DNA from: Malacoraja senta
Lineage: Eukaryota
Direction of reading: 5' to 3'
Length of the DNA: 64,000 nucleotides
Assembly (NCBI GenBank): GCA_038087875.1
Contig: JAXLNO010000499.1
Location: 62,001 to 126,000, forward strand
In this document: positions 1 to 12,373 of the stretch, one piece after another
How the letters are laid out: every line of letters begins with the position of its first letter
How positions within the stretch are numbered: the first letter of the stretch is position 1
The notes under the pieces: model-generated
What the model saw: the letters and a program-made list of their open reading frames with translations, nothing else
The model's database searches: none
What the model was told of the DNA's origin: nothing
Position numbers and translations under genes: made by a program

Positions 1-943
1 AGATTTACCTGTGACCGAGGTAATTAGAGAAGAGTGGGAACGGGAATTATTGATAAAAATTACGAAGGCTACATGGGAAAAGTATTTGACATACATTCAC
101 AAGTGTTCGATTAACGCTAGACATAATCTAATCCAATTTAAAATTTTACATAGATTATATTATTCAAAAACAAGATTAAATACATTTTATCCAAATATAT
201 CGCCCATTTGCGATAAATGTTTAACCCAAGACGCAACTATAACACACTCTTTTGTTTCTTGTATAAAACTTCATGGATTTTGGAGTGATATTTTCGAAAT
301 ATTTACAAAATTATTTAAGACAAAAATGGAACCCAATAATGAATTGATTATATTTGGGGTAATGGAAGACGGGAACAAATTGAGCTCATCTCAAAAGTCA
401 ATTTTTAATTGTGGTTTAATAATAGCAAAAAAATTAATATTGAAATTTTGGAAAAATACACCAATACCAACGCTCAAAATGTGGATTGCAAGTATGTTGG
501 ATACCGCACATCTTGAGGAAATGCGATTCCTCCTAATAGATAAATTTGACCAATTCATAACGAGTTGGTCTCCATTTGTCGTCTTTTTGGAAACATATGG
601 TTTTGGCAACACAGGTGTAAAAGCTAATCCGTGACTGGGGATGGTCAAGATTATAAATGATCTCCTTACTTCTATTTTCTTTTCTTCTCTTCTCTTCTTT
701 TATTCTCTTTCTTCTATTTTCTATGTCTCAACTTTCTTTTTTCACTCTCTATTTTTCTTTTTCACACACTATATATCTCACATTTTTCTATTTTTCATTA
801 TCTAACTTTTTTCTTTTTCTTCTTTATTACAAAAAAAATTTAAAATAAGAAGCTGTACATAAAAGGTATTATGAAAATATGATTGTATACAATTGTACTT
901 ACTTCTAATAAAATTAAAATATTTTTAATTTTTTTTTTAAAAA
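1..943 (+). mobile_element. L1-clade LINE 3' end (ORF2 C-terminal cysteine-rich region, 3' UTR, poly-A)
   Basis: ORF 11..634 with LIQFKILHRLY...CDKC...H..SC..L..FW, typical of fish L1 ORF2 ends; pyrimidine-rich UTR; AATAAA near 907; A-tail near 940. Confidence 0.85.
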
Positions 944-1000
944 GAGTATATAACACTATGTTGCTGCTCGGGGAGTACTGAGTGTATTGGTATACTCTCT

Positions 1001-1369
1001 TTTTTAAAATTCAAAAAATGTATTCAATTATTTAAAAAATAATATTACACTGCAATAAAACACACCAGATCCCACCACCATAATACAATACAAACATATA
1101 TACATAATAAACTACAATACAACTATGATACAATCCTTATTGAGGATACATTCAACACCCTGCGGACCCCAGTGATCCCGGAAATCCCCCAGATTGCCCG
1201 TGGACAGGGCGTATTCCCTTTCTAACCCCACCCGGGCACGGACGTAACCCCGGAAAAGGGGCAGGCAGCCGGCTCGGGCAGAGCCCTCCACCGCCTGGCG
1301 CCGTGACTCGCGGATGGCCAGCTTGGTCAGGCCCAGGAGCAACCCAACCAGGACATCTTCAGCCCTACC
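1001..1369 (-). mobile_element. 5'-truncated Tx1-like LINE 3' end with 14-bp TSD
   Basis: ORF 1112..1342 (LLGLTKLAIRESRRQAVEG...FRGYVRARV) resembles Tx1/L1 ORF2 termini. TSD TTGGTATACTCTCT at 987-1000 and 1370-1383. Confidence 0.75.
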
Positions 1370-3466
1370 TTGGTATACTCTCTGTACTGGTCCCCGCCAA
1401 CCCCGTCATTGCGAAGAGTAAAGCTTGGCTTGGTTTACCTTTAACCCTTTGTGTTGTTGTTGGTTTTATGAAGTGAACTTTATCAGGGTGGTCTCTAAAC
1501 TAAACTAAACTATTTAAAGCAAGACATAGTGACTATACAAGGGCACAGTCCGCAACAAAACTGTGGGTGACTACTCACCAACTATGAAGACACAGTCAGA
1601 GTTTATGAGAACAGGACCAATCACCTCCACTTTACTGGACTGACTCGCAGACAGAAGAACACGGCAGAGTGTTCTCCGGGTCTTGTCTATCAGCACATTG
1701 TGTTTCTATATCGGTATTGCTTGTGGTTTATCATCATCACATGCACTAAGGGCAGGTCGGGGGGAGTTCCCCCCACCATGGGTACCATGTAATCCCGTGC
1801 TACCCGCTCCATGGTCGGATAGTCGGCGACTAAACCGTCTCCCCCACCTGGTTTGCCAGGTGAGGAGGGGGCTATGGACCCCCAGCAGGACCAAAAACAA
1901 GACCTGTCAAAGGGCAGATGAGCTTCTAGCGAGCCAACAGCCACCCACACTTCAGTAGAAGTTGCAATCACTGTCGTACACCGCATTGTAAGGAATGATG
2001 ATAAAGCACACACACCAAAATCCGATACCTCCAGCGGCGGAAGTCCGCAGGAACTGGAGGACAGAGATGTGTGGTGCGTCCGTCACCGTTCCCGTTGGAA
2101 ACCGGCATCACTGGGTCGCTAATGTTTTCAACGATGAATGAAACATGCACCAACATACAATTGCAGATGTTTAGAAAAATGTCTTTCAGTCTTAAGAAAG
2201 GGCCCGACATGAAACGTCACCAATCCTTTTTCTCCAGAGATGCTGCCTGATCTGCTGAGTTACTCCAGCACTCTGTGTCTATCTTCAGTAAAAAATGTTG
2301 TTTGCCTTGAGTTATTTCGGCTTTGTTATTTTTGCTCAAAATTCCAGCTTCTGCAGTCTCTTGGTGTCTCCATCAAAACCTGGTATTCTTCTCCCATACA
2401 TCAGCGAGACCGAGCGTAGACCCAGTGACTTTTTAGCCGAGTACTTGCGCTCGTTGTGAAAAGGTTCTTCTTGGTAGGTAGGTCCAGAAGGTTAAATCAC
2501 ATGGTGGTAAATTAGTTCAAGTTCAAGTTCAAGTGCTTTTATTGTCATGTGTCCCTGATAGGACAATGAAATTCTTGCTTTGCTTCAGCACAACAGAACA
2601 TAGTAGGCATGACTATAAAACAGATCAGTGTCTCCATATACCATTATATAAATATATACACACATGAATAAATAAACTGATAAAGTGCAAATAAACAGAT
2701 AATGGGCTATTAAAGTTCAGAGTTTTGTTCGAGCCAAGTTTAATAGCCTGATGGCTGTGGGGAAATTAGATATAAAATTGGTTAATTCATAAAACCCTTT
2801 TATCATGTACCCTTTTGTCTTCTCCACTTATCATGGCGCAGCGGTAGATTTACTGCCTTAGAGCGCCGGAGACCCGGGTTCGATTCTGACTATGGATGCT
2901 GTCAACGGAAGGACAAAGAAAGGAAGAGATTGAACTTTTTTTTTCGCCTTCCATCACAGTGAGGAATGTGGAGGAGTCAATGTGATGGATGTTTATGTTA
3001 AAATGTATTTTGTGTGTTTTGTTGCTTTTTATTAGTATGACTGTATGGCAAATCAAATTTATTGTATGTTGCAAAACATTCTTGGCTTATAAAGTATGAT
3101 TATGATTATGATTGTAGGTTAATTGGCTTTGGTAAAATTATCAAATTGTCCCGAGCGTGTCGGAAAGTGCTAGTAAACGGGGTGATCGCTGGTCAACATG
3201 GACTTGGTAGGTTGACGGGCCTGTTTCTGTGCCGTATCTTTAAGGTATAGGCTAAAGTCTAAAGCACGTATCAATGTTGGAAGAGCTGAACAATCCGTTT
3301 TTCACCGTGTCTCCACAGTCTAAAGTCTAAAGAGTACAAATCAATGTACAACGGTCAAATTTAAAAGCATTAGATCTAAATAGAAGCTGCTTCAGCTACA
3401 GTGCCCAATAGTGGTAAATAGATACAATGTAATGGGCTTTACAATAATGGGGTGATGGGGTTGGTT

Positions 3467-3745
3467 TAGGGTTGCCAACTTTCTCACTCCCAAATAAGGG
3501 ACAAAAGGTCAAAATACAGGACATATTCCCGACGGGGCCACGGGCGAGGCGCTGCTGCTGCACTCCATGGGCTGTACTATGTTGGGACGGGTGAGGCGGG
3601 GCCGGACGAGGCGCTCCGACCCGACAGTCCCCTCGACCCGAGTAGTAACAGTCAAATACAGGACACGGGTGCTCCCGTATGGGACAAACCAATATAGCCC
3701 AATAAGTGGGATGTCCCGGCTAATACGGGACAGTTGGCAACCCTA
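3467..3745. mobile_element. hAT-type MITE (TAGGGTTGCCAAC family), 279 bp
   Basis: TIRs TAGGGTTGCCAACT / AGTTGGCAACCCTA; perfect 8-bp TSD GGTTGGTT. Confidence 0.9.
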
Positions 3746-4023
3746 GGTTGGTTAGAGATAACATCTGTATAGCGGTTCGTAAGATCTCGGCTTGGTAGAC
3801 TGTGCTGAGAAATTTGGAAGTTTGAGTTGAGAGAGATAGCATCAGTGTGCAGACTCGCATCTGGGCCTCCAAATAATAGCAAACATGGACACTATAAATG
3901 AGCTGCATGTGGCATGGAGAATAATGATCATGAGGGCTTTTAAAGTGGGCAAATTGAAGTCATAGAGTCATAGAATCATCCAGTGGGCAAACAAGCCCCT
4001 CTGCCCAACTTGCCCACTCCAAC

Positions 4024-4535
4024 TAGGGTTGCCAACTTTCTCACTCCCAAATAAGGGCCAAAAGGTCAAAATACTGGACAAATTCCCCTCGGCAATTCGT
4101 TGACCGACTCGCCCGTGGCTGGGTGAATGATGAGTTGGCCCGAGTGCTGGACAGCACACAAAGCCCAGCCGGCGGGCCAGCTGAGGAGTTTTGGCCCGGG
4201 CCGCGCGACATCGTGCACAAAATCCAGCACCCCGTCCAACTCATGAACCAATGATCGGCCATGAGAAGGAGGGGTGGTGGAGTCGGCGGTAAGCGAAGGT
4301 CCGAAGGTCGGACAGCTGGCCGGGCTGCCGACCGACGGGGCCACGGGCGAGGCGCTGCTGCTGCTGCACTCCATGGGCTGCACTACGTGGAGACGGGTGA
4401 GGCGCTCTGACCCGACAGTCCCCTCGACCCGAGTAGTAGCAGTCAAATACGGGACAAGGGCGGTCCTGTACGGGACAAACCAATTTAGCTAAAATACGGG
4501 ATGTCCCGGCTAATATGGGACAGTTGGCAACCCTA
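4024..4535. mobile_element. hAT-type MITE, same family, 512 bp
   Basis: Same TIRs; 8-bp TSD ACTCCAAC/ACGCCAAC; inserted in a CR1 3' tail. A further truncated left end lies at 4868-4940. Confidence 0.88.
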
Positions 4536-4940
4536 ACGCCAACCAACATGTCCCATCCCCACTAGTCCCACCTGCCTGCATTTGGCCCATATCCCTCTAA
4601 ACCTGTCCTGTCCATGTTCTTATCTAATTGCTTCTTAAACGTTGCAATAGTCCCAGCCTCAACTACCTCCTCTGGCAGCTTGTTCCATGCACCCACCACC
4701 CTTTGTGTGAAAAAGTTACCCCTCAGATTCCTATTAAATCTTTCTCCCTTCACCTTAAACCTATGCCCTCTGGTTCTCGATTCCCCTACTCTGGGCAAGA
4801 CACTCGGAGCGTCTACCCAATCTATTCCTCTCATGATTTTATACACCTCTATAAGATCACCCCTCATTAGCGTTGCCAACTTTCTCACTCCCAAGTAAGG
4901 GACAAAAGGTCAAAATAAGGGACAATTTCCCTACGGCAAT

Positions 4941-5795
4941 AAGAGTAGGGGGCGCCGTCGGGTATGGCTGCCCTGCCAGCAGCTTTTAGTCTTTTCACCC
5001 TTTTTTTATTTTTAGTTAGTTAAAAGTGTTTGTGTTGGAGGTCTTTTAGTCTTTTTATGTGGGGGGTGGGGGGGGGTGGGGGAAGGGGGAAACTATTTTT
5101 CTCAGTCCCTCCCTGGTCGGAGATGCAGCTTTTCTCCAAGCCGTGTTTTCGCCCCTTCCTCGCAGCCTACGGGCAGACTGGAGCGGCGTTTCCTGCCGGG
5201 ACCAGCCAGGACTTCAGCTTCGGCGGCGGCTCAGCGCTGAGGCACCATCGTGGAGCGGGCGATGCCTTACCCGGGACGCCGTGCAGTAAGCTCCGGAGTG
5301 CTGAGACCGCCGACTTCAACATCGCGGAGCTGCGGTCTGTGGAGCTTCCAGCCACGGGCGACGCTGAACTTTAAACACCGCGGAGCCTGGGATCTCACGA
5401 CGAGATCGCCAGTGTCGGAGCTCCGACCAGCGAGGCCTGTGGACTTCGGGAGCCGCGGTCTCCGGGGAGGAAGTGGCCGCTCCAGACACTCCGAGCCGCT
5501 GAGAGTGATCACCCGACGCCAGAGCTTCATCATCCGGCGAGAGGGCCTGAAGCATCGGGCTGCCGTATCGGCGACTGCAGAGGGCTCAATAGGCCCGACT
5601 ATGGGTGAACAGGGGACGGGACTGGACTTTTGCTGCCTTCCCCCACAGTGGGAACCATTGTGGGGGTAAGTTTTTATGTTTACTGTTAAATTCTTGGATG
5701 TTGTGTCTTACCTTTATTTGTGTGCTGCAATGGCAAGTCAAATTTCACTACACCAATTGGTGTATGTGATAATAAATGTCCTTTGTACCTTTGTA
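4941..5795 (+). mobile_element. Non-autonomous SINE-like retroelement (5' hairpin, GC-rich body, AATAAA tail)
   Basis: Same architecture as copies at 53700-54460(-) and 57230-58012(-): hairpin head, T-rich and G-run segment, GC-rich body, conserved 3' 'gccttcc..cacagtg' block. Confidence 0.6.
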
Positions 5796-6272
5796 CAGAA
5801 GGTCTTCGTCGAGTCACCGCTGACGTGCTTAACCCACGTCTTTTTCGCTTCCCATTGCTTGTTTTAGCTGCACAGTCTTTTCATTTTTGCAGGTTTATCC
5901 ATATTTGCACATGCCACGCCGACCGAACAACACCAGACATTATTGAGACTTTTAGTCTTGGCAGGAATTGGCAAAAATATAGCGTACAACCGATGCGCAT
6001 AAGGGGGCCTGTGATTGAATGACAGGTGAATCACTCGTATGTGGCGTCGACAGCATATGCAACACGCACGTCGCATGCTGTTGTATCAGATCTAGGATCT
6101 GTCTGTGAGCGTGCCCTCTGGTGATTACAGTACACATGCTCCTCGACTTACCATGCTGCGACTTACGATATTTCAACTTTACAATGGTGCAAAAGCAATA
6201 CACATTCGGTAGAAACTGTACTTCACTAGCCTGGCCTCGGGCAGCGTCGGGCTGCGTTGACAATTTAAGCGG

Positions 6273-6913
6273 TAATAGACAATAGATAATAGACAATAGA
6301 CAATAGGTGCAGGAGTAGGCCATTCGGCCCTTCGAGCCAGCACCGCCATTCAATGTGATCATGGCTGATCATCCCCAATCAGTACCCCATTCCTGCCTTC
6401 TCCCCATATCCCCTGACTCCACTATTTTTAAGAGCACTATCAAGCTCTCTCTTGAAAGCATCCAGAGAACCAGCCTCCACCACCCTCTGAGGCAGAGAAT
6501 TCCACACACTCACCACTCTCTGTGAGAAAAAGTGTTTCCTCGTCTCCCTTCTAAATGGCTTACTCCTTATTCTTAAACTGTGGCCCCTGGTTCTGGACTC
6601 CCCAACATCGGGAACATGTTTCCTGCCTCTAGCGTGTCCAAACCTTTAACAATCATATGTTTCAATGAGATACCCTCTCATCCTTCTAAACTCCAGAGTG
6701 TACAAGCCCAGCTGCTCCATTCTCTCAGCGTATGACAGTGCAGTTTTGGTCCCCTAATTTGAGGAAGGACATTCTTGCTGTTGAGGGAGTGCAGCGTAGG
6801 TTTACAAGGTTAATTCCCGGGATGGCGGGACTGTCATATGCTGAGAGAATGGAGTAGCTGGGCTTGTACACTCTGGAGTTTAGAAGGATGAGAGGATATC
6901 TCATTGAAACATA
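6273..6913. mobile_element. CR1/HER1 3' fragment with internal inversion
   Basis: Minus-strand CR1 tail with (ATAGACA)n from 6273 to 6738, then plus-strand CR1 sequence 6738-6913. Confidence 0.8.
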
Positions 6914-8500
6914 AATTTAAAAAAAGGTTTGTTAAAAATGTTAACGTGAAGCAGTCGCGGTGGGGGGGTTGGGGGCGGGGGGGGGGGGCGGAGGGCGCCG
7001 AGCCGGCCCCTGCATGTCCCCCGAAGACCAGAGACCGGAGGGGATGGAGCCAGCGATGGCGGACGTATGGAGCGAGTCCGGTAGGAGAGGGAACCGGGGT
7101 CTTGCCTTCCCCGCTCCTCAAAGCCGGCTGCGGGAGGCGCCCGCGGGGACACAAAGGTGGACAGGCGAGGAGAGGGATGACGGTTCGCAGGACGATCTGG
7201 ACGAAAGCGACGGCTGGAGGCCCTGCAGCAGCCTGGGGCTCGGTCTGGAGCGGGCTCAAGATACAAGATACATTTATTTGCCACATGTGCCAGTTGGCAC
7301 AGTGAAATGTGATCACCATACAGCCATACAATAAAATAAAGAACGCAACACACGATAGAGTTCAACAGAAAACATCCCCACACAGCAGAATCAAACGTTT
7401 CCCCACTGTGAGGGAAGGCACCAAAGTCAGTCATCTTCCTCTGATGTTCACCCGTGGTCGGGGCCTCCCGAGCCCCCCGCAGTCAGCGCTACGGGCGGCC
7501 CGCCACTCAGGCCCGCTTGCCGGGATGTTGGAACTCCGACGTCGGAACGGGAGGCCAACCTCAGTGGCTTGGACCTCCAAATCCGCTCCATAAGACCTGG
7601 AGCACGCGGACTGGACTTTGGAATGGCCACAAAAGTCATTCTCAGTGAACTATTTCTGTACACGTTGCTAATCGGGGATTGTCCTTGGGTATGGTAATAC
7701 TCAACCGAGATGCATGCAAAAAAAAGAATTTCACTTTGTGTGTTTGCACATGTGACAATAAAGCCCCATTGATCATATAACATAAGACGGTGGGAATATG
7801 AAATGAGCTGCCGATGAGGTGGCTGTGTTTGGACTAATTTTACTCCTATCCCTTATGACCCTAACAACCTTATGAAAGGTTTAAAGGGATATGGAGCGAA
7901 TGCAGGCAAATGGAACCAGCTAAGATGGGGCACAAGGAACTACAGGTGCTGGATTCGTGTGTGGAACGCAAAGTGCTGGAGTAACACAGAGGGTCAGGCA
8001 GCTTCTCTGAAGGACATAAAAAATAACACCAGGCGTGAAGAAAGTGCCCGACCTAAACGTCGCCTATCTCTGGATTCCAAGGATGATGCCTGACCCTCTG
8101 GGTTAGTCCAACACTTTGTGTTCTAGGCTTAGATGGGGCTTCTTGGGTGGCATGAACGAGTCGCGCCAAAGGGCCTGTTTCCGTGCTGTATTACTCTTAA
8201 GACTCGAGCGCATGATTTTACATGAAGTTCAAAGATGACCTAAAATCAGGGCTTCTAAGCTAGACAATTTAGCCAGCGTGTGAAAAGGAAGTGTCTGTAC
8301 CTGAATTCAGGTACTTAGGGGTTCTGAACAAGTTGTTCTCTCATTTTGCTATATCCTGGGCCACGTCATTGGGAAAGGCGCACGGAATTATTGTGAAACA
8401 CTCCAACCCTCTGCATAGATTTTACCATAAAATGACTCAGAAGATAGACACAAAAAGCTGGAGTAATTTAGCGGGACAGGAAGCAACTCTGGAGAGAAGG

Positions 8501-8697
8501 TGTAGATTGGCTTTAGCATGTTAGCCAATTAGAATGTTTAGTAATTATAACCCTGCCTAATTATAACATTCATAGTGTAAGATCCTGCCCACTGCCTACC
8601 AGTAGCAGTGTGAATGTGTAATGACCTGCTTAGAAGTTAAGGACCTGAACAATAAAGATGCTTGTGTATCAACCTGTGTAAGTCTGAGCTCTTTACA
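8501..8697 (+). mobile_element. Short LTR (197 bp) of a Ty3/Gypsy-type element using a tRNA-Leu primer
   Basis: TGTAGA...TTTACA termini; AATAAA at 8651; followed immediately by TGGTGTCAGAAGTGGGAT, the complement of a tRNA-Leu 3' end including CCA. Confidence 0.8.
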
Positions 8698-8731
8698 TGG
8701 TGTCAGAAGTGGGATCCGAACCCACCCCTCC
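8698..8731 (-). pseudogene. Reverse-copied 3' fragment of mature tRNA-Leu (T-arm, acceptor strand, CCA)
   Basis: Minus strand reads GGAGGGGTGGGTTCGGATCCCACTTCTGACACCA versus recalled vertebrate tRNA-Leu(CAA/CAG) GGAGGCGTGGGTTCGAATCCCACTTCTGACACCA (2 mismatches). Confidence 0.8.
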
Positions 8732-9229
8732 AATGGGTAATGTTTCGGGTCGAGATCTTCAGACAAATGACTCCGCTTGTTTGTACGTTCATGTAGAATG
8801 ATATAACATTTATATCAAACCTTTAACATGACCATATATTCCATGACTCTTTACCAGGTTACCTGGGTCAAACGTTGGTGAGGACTGTAATAAAAATGAA
8901 CTGCAGATGCGGGTTTACACCAAAAATAGACACAACGTGCTGTTGTAACTCAGCGGGTCTGGCAGCATCTTTGGAGAAAATGGACTAGGTGACGTTTCGG
9001 GACAGGACACTTCTTCAGCCTCTTCGCTTTGTAGAACTGATGAGTCTACATACTCATCTGTAGACGAATCTAGTGTGTGGAACTCTTCAGCCTGAAGAAA
9101 ACATATTCAGTCTGAAGAAGGGTTCCCATCCCAAAACGTCACAATCCATTTTCTCCAGAGATGCTGGCTGAGCCGCTGAGTTGCCTAGACGTACTGTGTT
9201 TAGTTTAGGTCACACCGCTACAGAAACAT

Positions 9230-12173
9230 TGTTGTTAAGCTGAAAGAATGTCGAGAAGATTTACGAGGTTGTTGCCAGGACTAGAGGGCCTGGTGGGGAT
9301 TCGTTAGGCAGGCTAGGATTTTATTCTTTGGAGCGCTGGAAGCTGTGAGGTGTTCTTATAGAGATCCACAAAATAATGAGAGGAGTAGATAGGGTGAATT
9401 CACAGAGTCTTTTACCCAGAGTAGGGGAACGAAGAACGGAAGGGCATAAATTTAAGCTGAGGAGGGATAGATTTAATAGGAACCTGATGAGCAACTTTTT
9501 CACACAGAGGGTGGTATCTATATGGAAGGAGCTGCCGGTGGAAGTAGTTGAGGCAGGTACAATAACAACATTTAAAAGACATTTGGACAGTGACATAGAT
9601 AATATAGGCTTAAAGAGATAGGGGCCAAACGTGGGCAAATGAGACTATAGAAGAGATATCTTGATCGGTGTGGATAGGTTGAGCTGAAGGACCAGTTTCC
9701 ATGCTGTATGACAATAACTCCAAACAGCAATTGACACTGAACTAGACAGATACTGGCACGCGGACATGATGAACAAAATCGTGGTCACAGAGGTAATGGG
9801 CCTGTCCCACTTGCCGATTTTTTAGGCAACTACCGGCGACTGTCATAGTCGTAGCAGGTCACCGAAAAACCGGCGACAACCTACGTCATCCTGGCGACAA
9901 CCTACACTGCACCAGGAGAAGTCAAGCTACGCTCATTGGCATCAGACCCACTGTCGCCGAAAAATTGTCAACATGTTGACAATTTAGCGGCAACCAGAAA
10001 GACGCTACGACTTTTTGTGCGGCTGAGGAGACTAGTCCCGGCGACCACCGGCGAACATAAGGGGAAAATATATAGTTAATGGCAAGACCCTAAACATGGA
10101 GAGGGATCTTGGGATCCAAGTCCATTGCTCCCCGAAAGCGGCAACACAAGTAGATAAGAGTGGAAATGAAGACATATGGTATGCTTGCCTTCTTTGTACA
10201 GAGCATTGAACATAAGAATCAGGAAGACAAAAGTGCTGGAGAAACTCAGCGGGTGCAGCAGCATCTATGGAGCTAAGGAAATAGGCAACGTTTCGGGCCG
10301 AAACCCTTCTTCAGACTACCTTCGATTTTTGTCTAACTTTTGTCTACCTTCGATTTTCCAGCATCTACAGTTCCTTCTTAAACATAAGAATCAGGAAGTC
10401 AGGTTGTAGTTTTACCAAACGTTGGTGAGGCTGCATTTGGAGTATTGTGTGCAGTTCTGGTTACCACATTACAGGAAGAATGTGGAGGCTTTGGTGAGGG
10501 TGCAGAGGAGGTTTACCAGGATGCTTCCTGGATTGGAAGGATTAGCTATAATGAGAGTTTAAACCAAGTTAGATTGTTTTCTCCAGAATGAGTGAGGCTT
10601 GAAGGGAGTCTGGATATAGGTATATAAAAATCATAAGAGGCATAGATGGTCAGAATCTATTTATTCCGCCGGGTGGGATGTCAAATAAAAGAGGACATAG
10701 CTTTAAGGTGAGAGGATAAATGTTTAAAGGAGATGTACAGGGCATGTTTTTTTTTACAGTGACACACAAGGTGCGTGCCTTGAATGCGCTGCCAGGGGTA
10801 GTGGTGGAGGCAGATACAATAAGGATATTTATAAGACTTTTCGATAGACACAACATGCAGGGGATAGAGGGGTATGGATCACATGCCATACCTGCCATCA
10901 TGTTCAGCACAGACACTGTGGGCCGAAGGTCCTGTCCTTGTGATGTTCTGTTCTGCATTGATTATCTAACCCGTATCATCCCTATTTTGGGAGTGTTTGA
11001 TGGGAAAATGTTGAGGGGGCTTTGCTTTGCATCTAACCTTCCCTTGGTTTTGAATTGTGTGAAGGGAGAATGTGGAGTTTTTCACGTTGATCTTGGCATT
11101 TTTTATCCATCTGTTCTGCGGCACTGGGAATGGAGCTGTGGAAGGCTGCTTCTGGCTGCACTTAAAATGGAGTTCTTCACTTTGTTGCACACAAGTTTTC
11201 AAATGTTTTGGAAAACAATGAAAGCAGAAGGCAAGGTGAGTGAACGACAGTAATTGATTGATATCTTTTTTTAGTTGACAACACTTGAGTCACACAGCGT
11301 GGAACAGGCCCTTCGGCCCAACATGCCCTCACTGACCAACATGCCCATCTACGCTACTCCCACCAGCCTGCTTTTGGCTCATATCGGTCAAAACTGTTCC
11401 TATCCAAGTACCTGTCTTAAATGTTGCGATAGTACCTGCCTTAACTACCTCCTCTGGCAGCTCGTTCCATATATCCACCACCCTTTTTGTGAAAAAGTTA
11501 CCCCTCAGGTTCCTATTAAATCTTTCCCCTCTCACCTTAGGCCTATGTTCTCTGGTTCTCGATTCCCCTACACTGGGCAAGAGACTGCGCTTTTATCCGA
11601 TCTATTCCCGATAGTATATTCCTATAAGATCCCTCATTTTCCTGCACTATAAGTACAGTCCCAGCCTAAACTTCTCTCTGTTGCTCAGGCTATCGAGTCC
11701 TGGCCACATCCTCAAAAATCTTCTCTACACCCTTTCATTTTCCTACAACATGGTGCCCAAAATAGAACACAATACTCTAAATGCGGCCTCACCAACGTCT
11801 TATACAATAGACAATAGGTGCAGTAGGCCATTCGGCCCTTCGAGCCAGCACCGCCATTCAATGTGATCATGGCTGATCATCCCCAATCAGTGCCCCGTTC
11901 CTGCCTTTTCCCCATATACCCTGACTCCGCTATCTTTAAGAGCCCTATCCAGCTCTCTCTTGAAAGCATCCAGAGAACCTGCCTCCACCGCCCTCTGAGG
12001 CAGAGAATTCCACACACTCACAACTCTCTGTGAGAAAAAGTGTTTCCTCGTCTACGTTCTAAATGGCTTACCCCTTATTCTTAAACTGTGGCCCCTGGTT
12101 CTGGACTCCCCCAACATCGGGAACATGTTTCCTGCCTCCAGCGTGTCCAAACCCTTAACAATCTTATATGTTT
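9230..12173. mobile_element. Cluster of decayed CR1/HER1 LINE 3' fragments (plus about 9230-9710 and 10075-10960; minus about 11290-12173)
   Basis: Translations such as LLPRVGE..T.GH.FK....FNRNL..NFFTQRVV..W..LP..VVEAGT are CR1 ORF2 C-termini. Confidence 0.8.
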
Positions 12174-12373
12174 NNNNNNNNNNNNNNNNNNNNNNNNNNN
12201 NNNNNNNNNNNNNNNNNNNNNNNNNNNNNNNNNNNNNNNNNNNNNNNNNNNNNNNNNNNNNNNNNNNNNNNNNNNNNNNNNNNNNNNNNNNNNNNNNNNN
12301 NNNNNNNNNNNNNNNNNNNNNNNNNNNNNNNNNNNNNNNNNNNNNNNNNNNNNNNNNNNNNNNNNNNNNNNNN
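12174..12373. other. Assembly gap (200 N)
   Basis: Run of N; true size unknown. Confidence 1.

Noticed and set aside
9795..10060. Possible Harbinger-like MITE starting TAATGGGCCTGTCCCACT
   Set aside because: Only one terminus found and no TSD, so boundaries cannot be supported.
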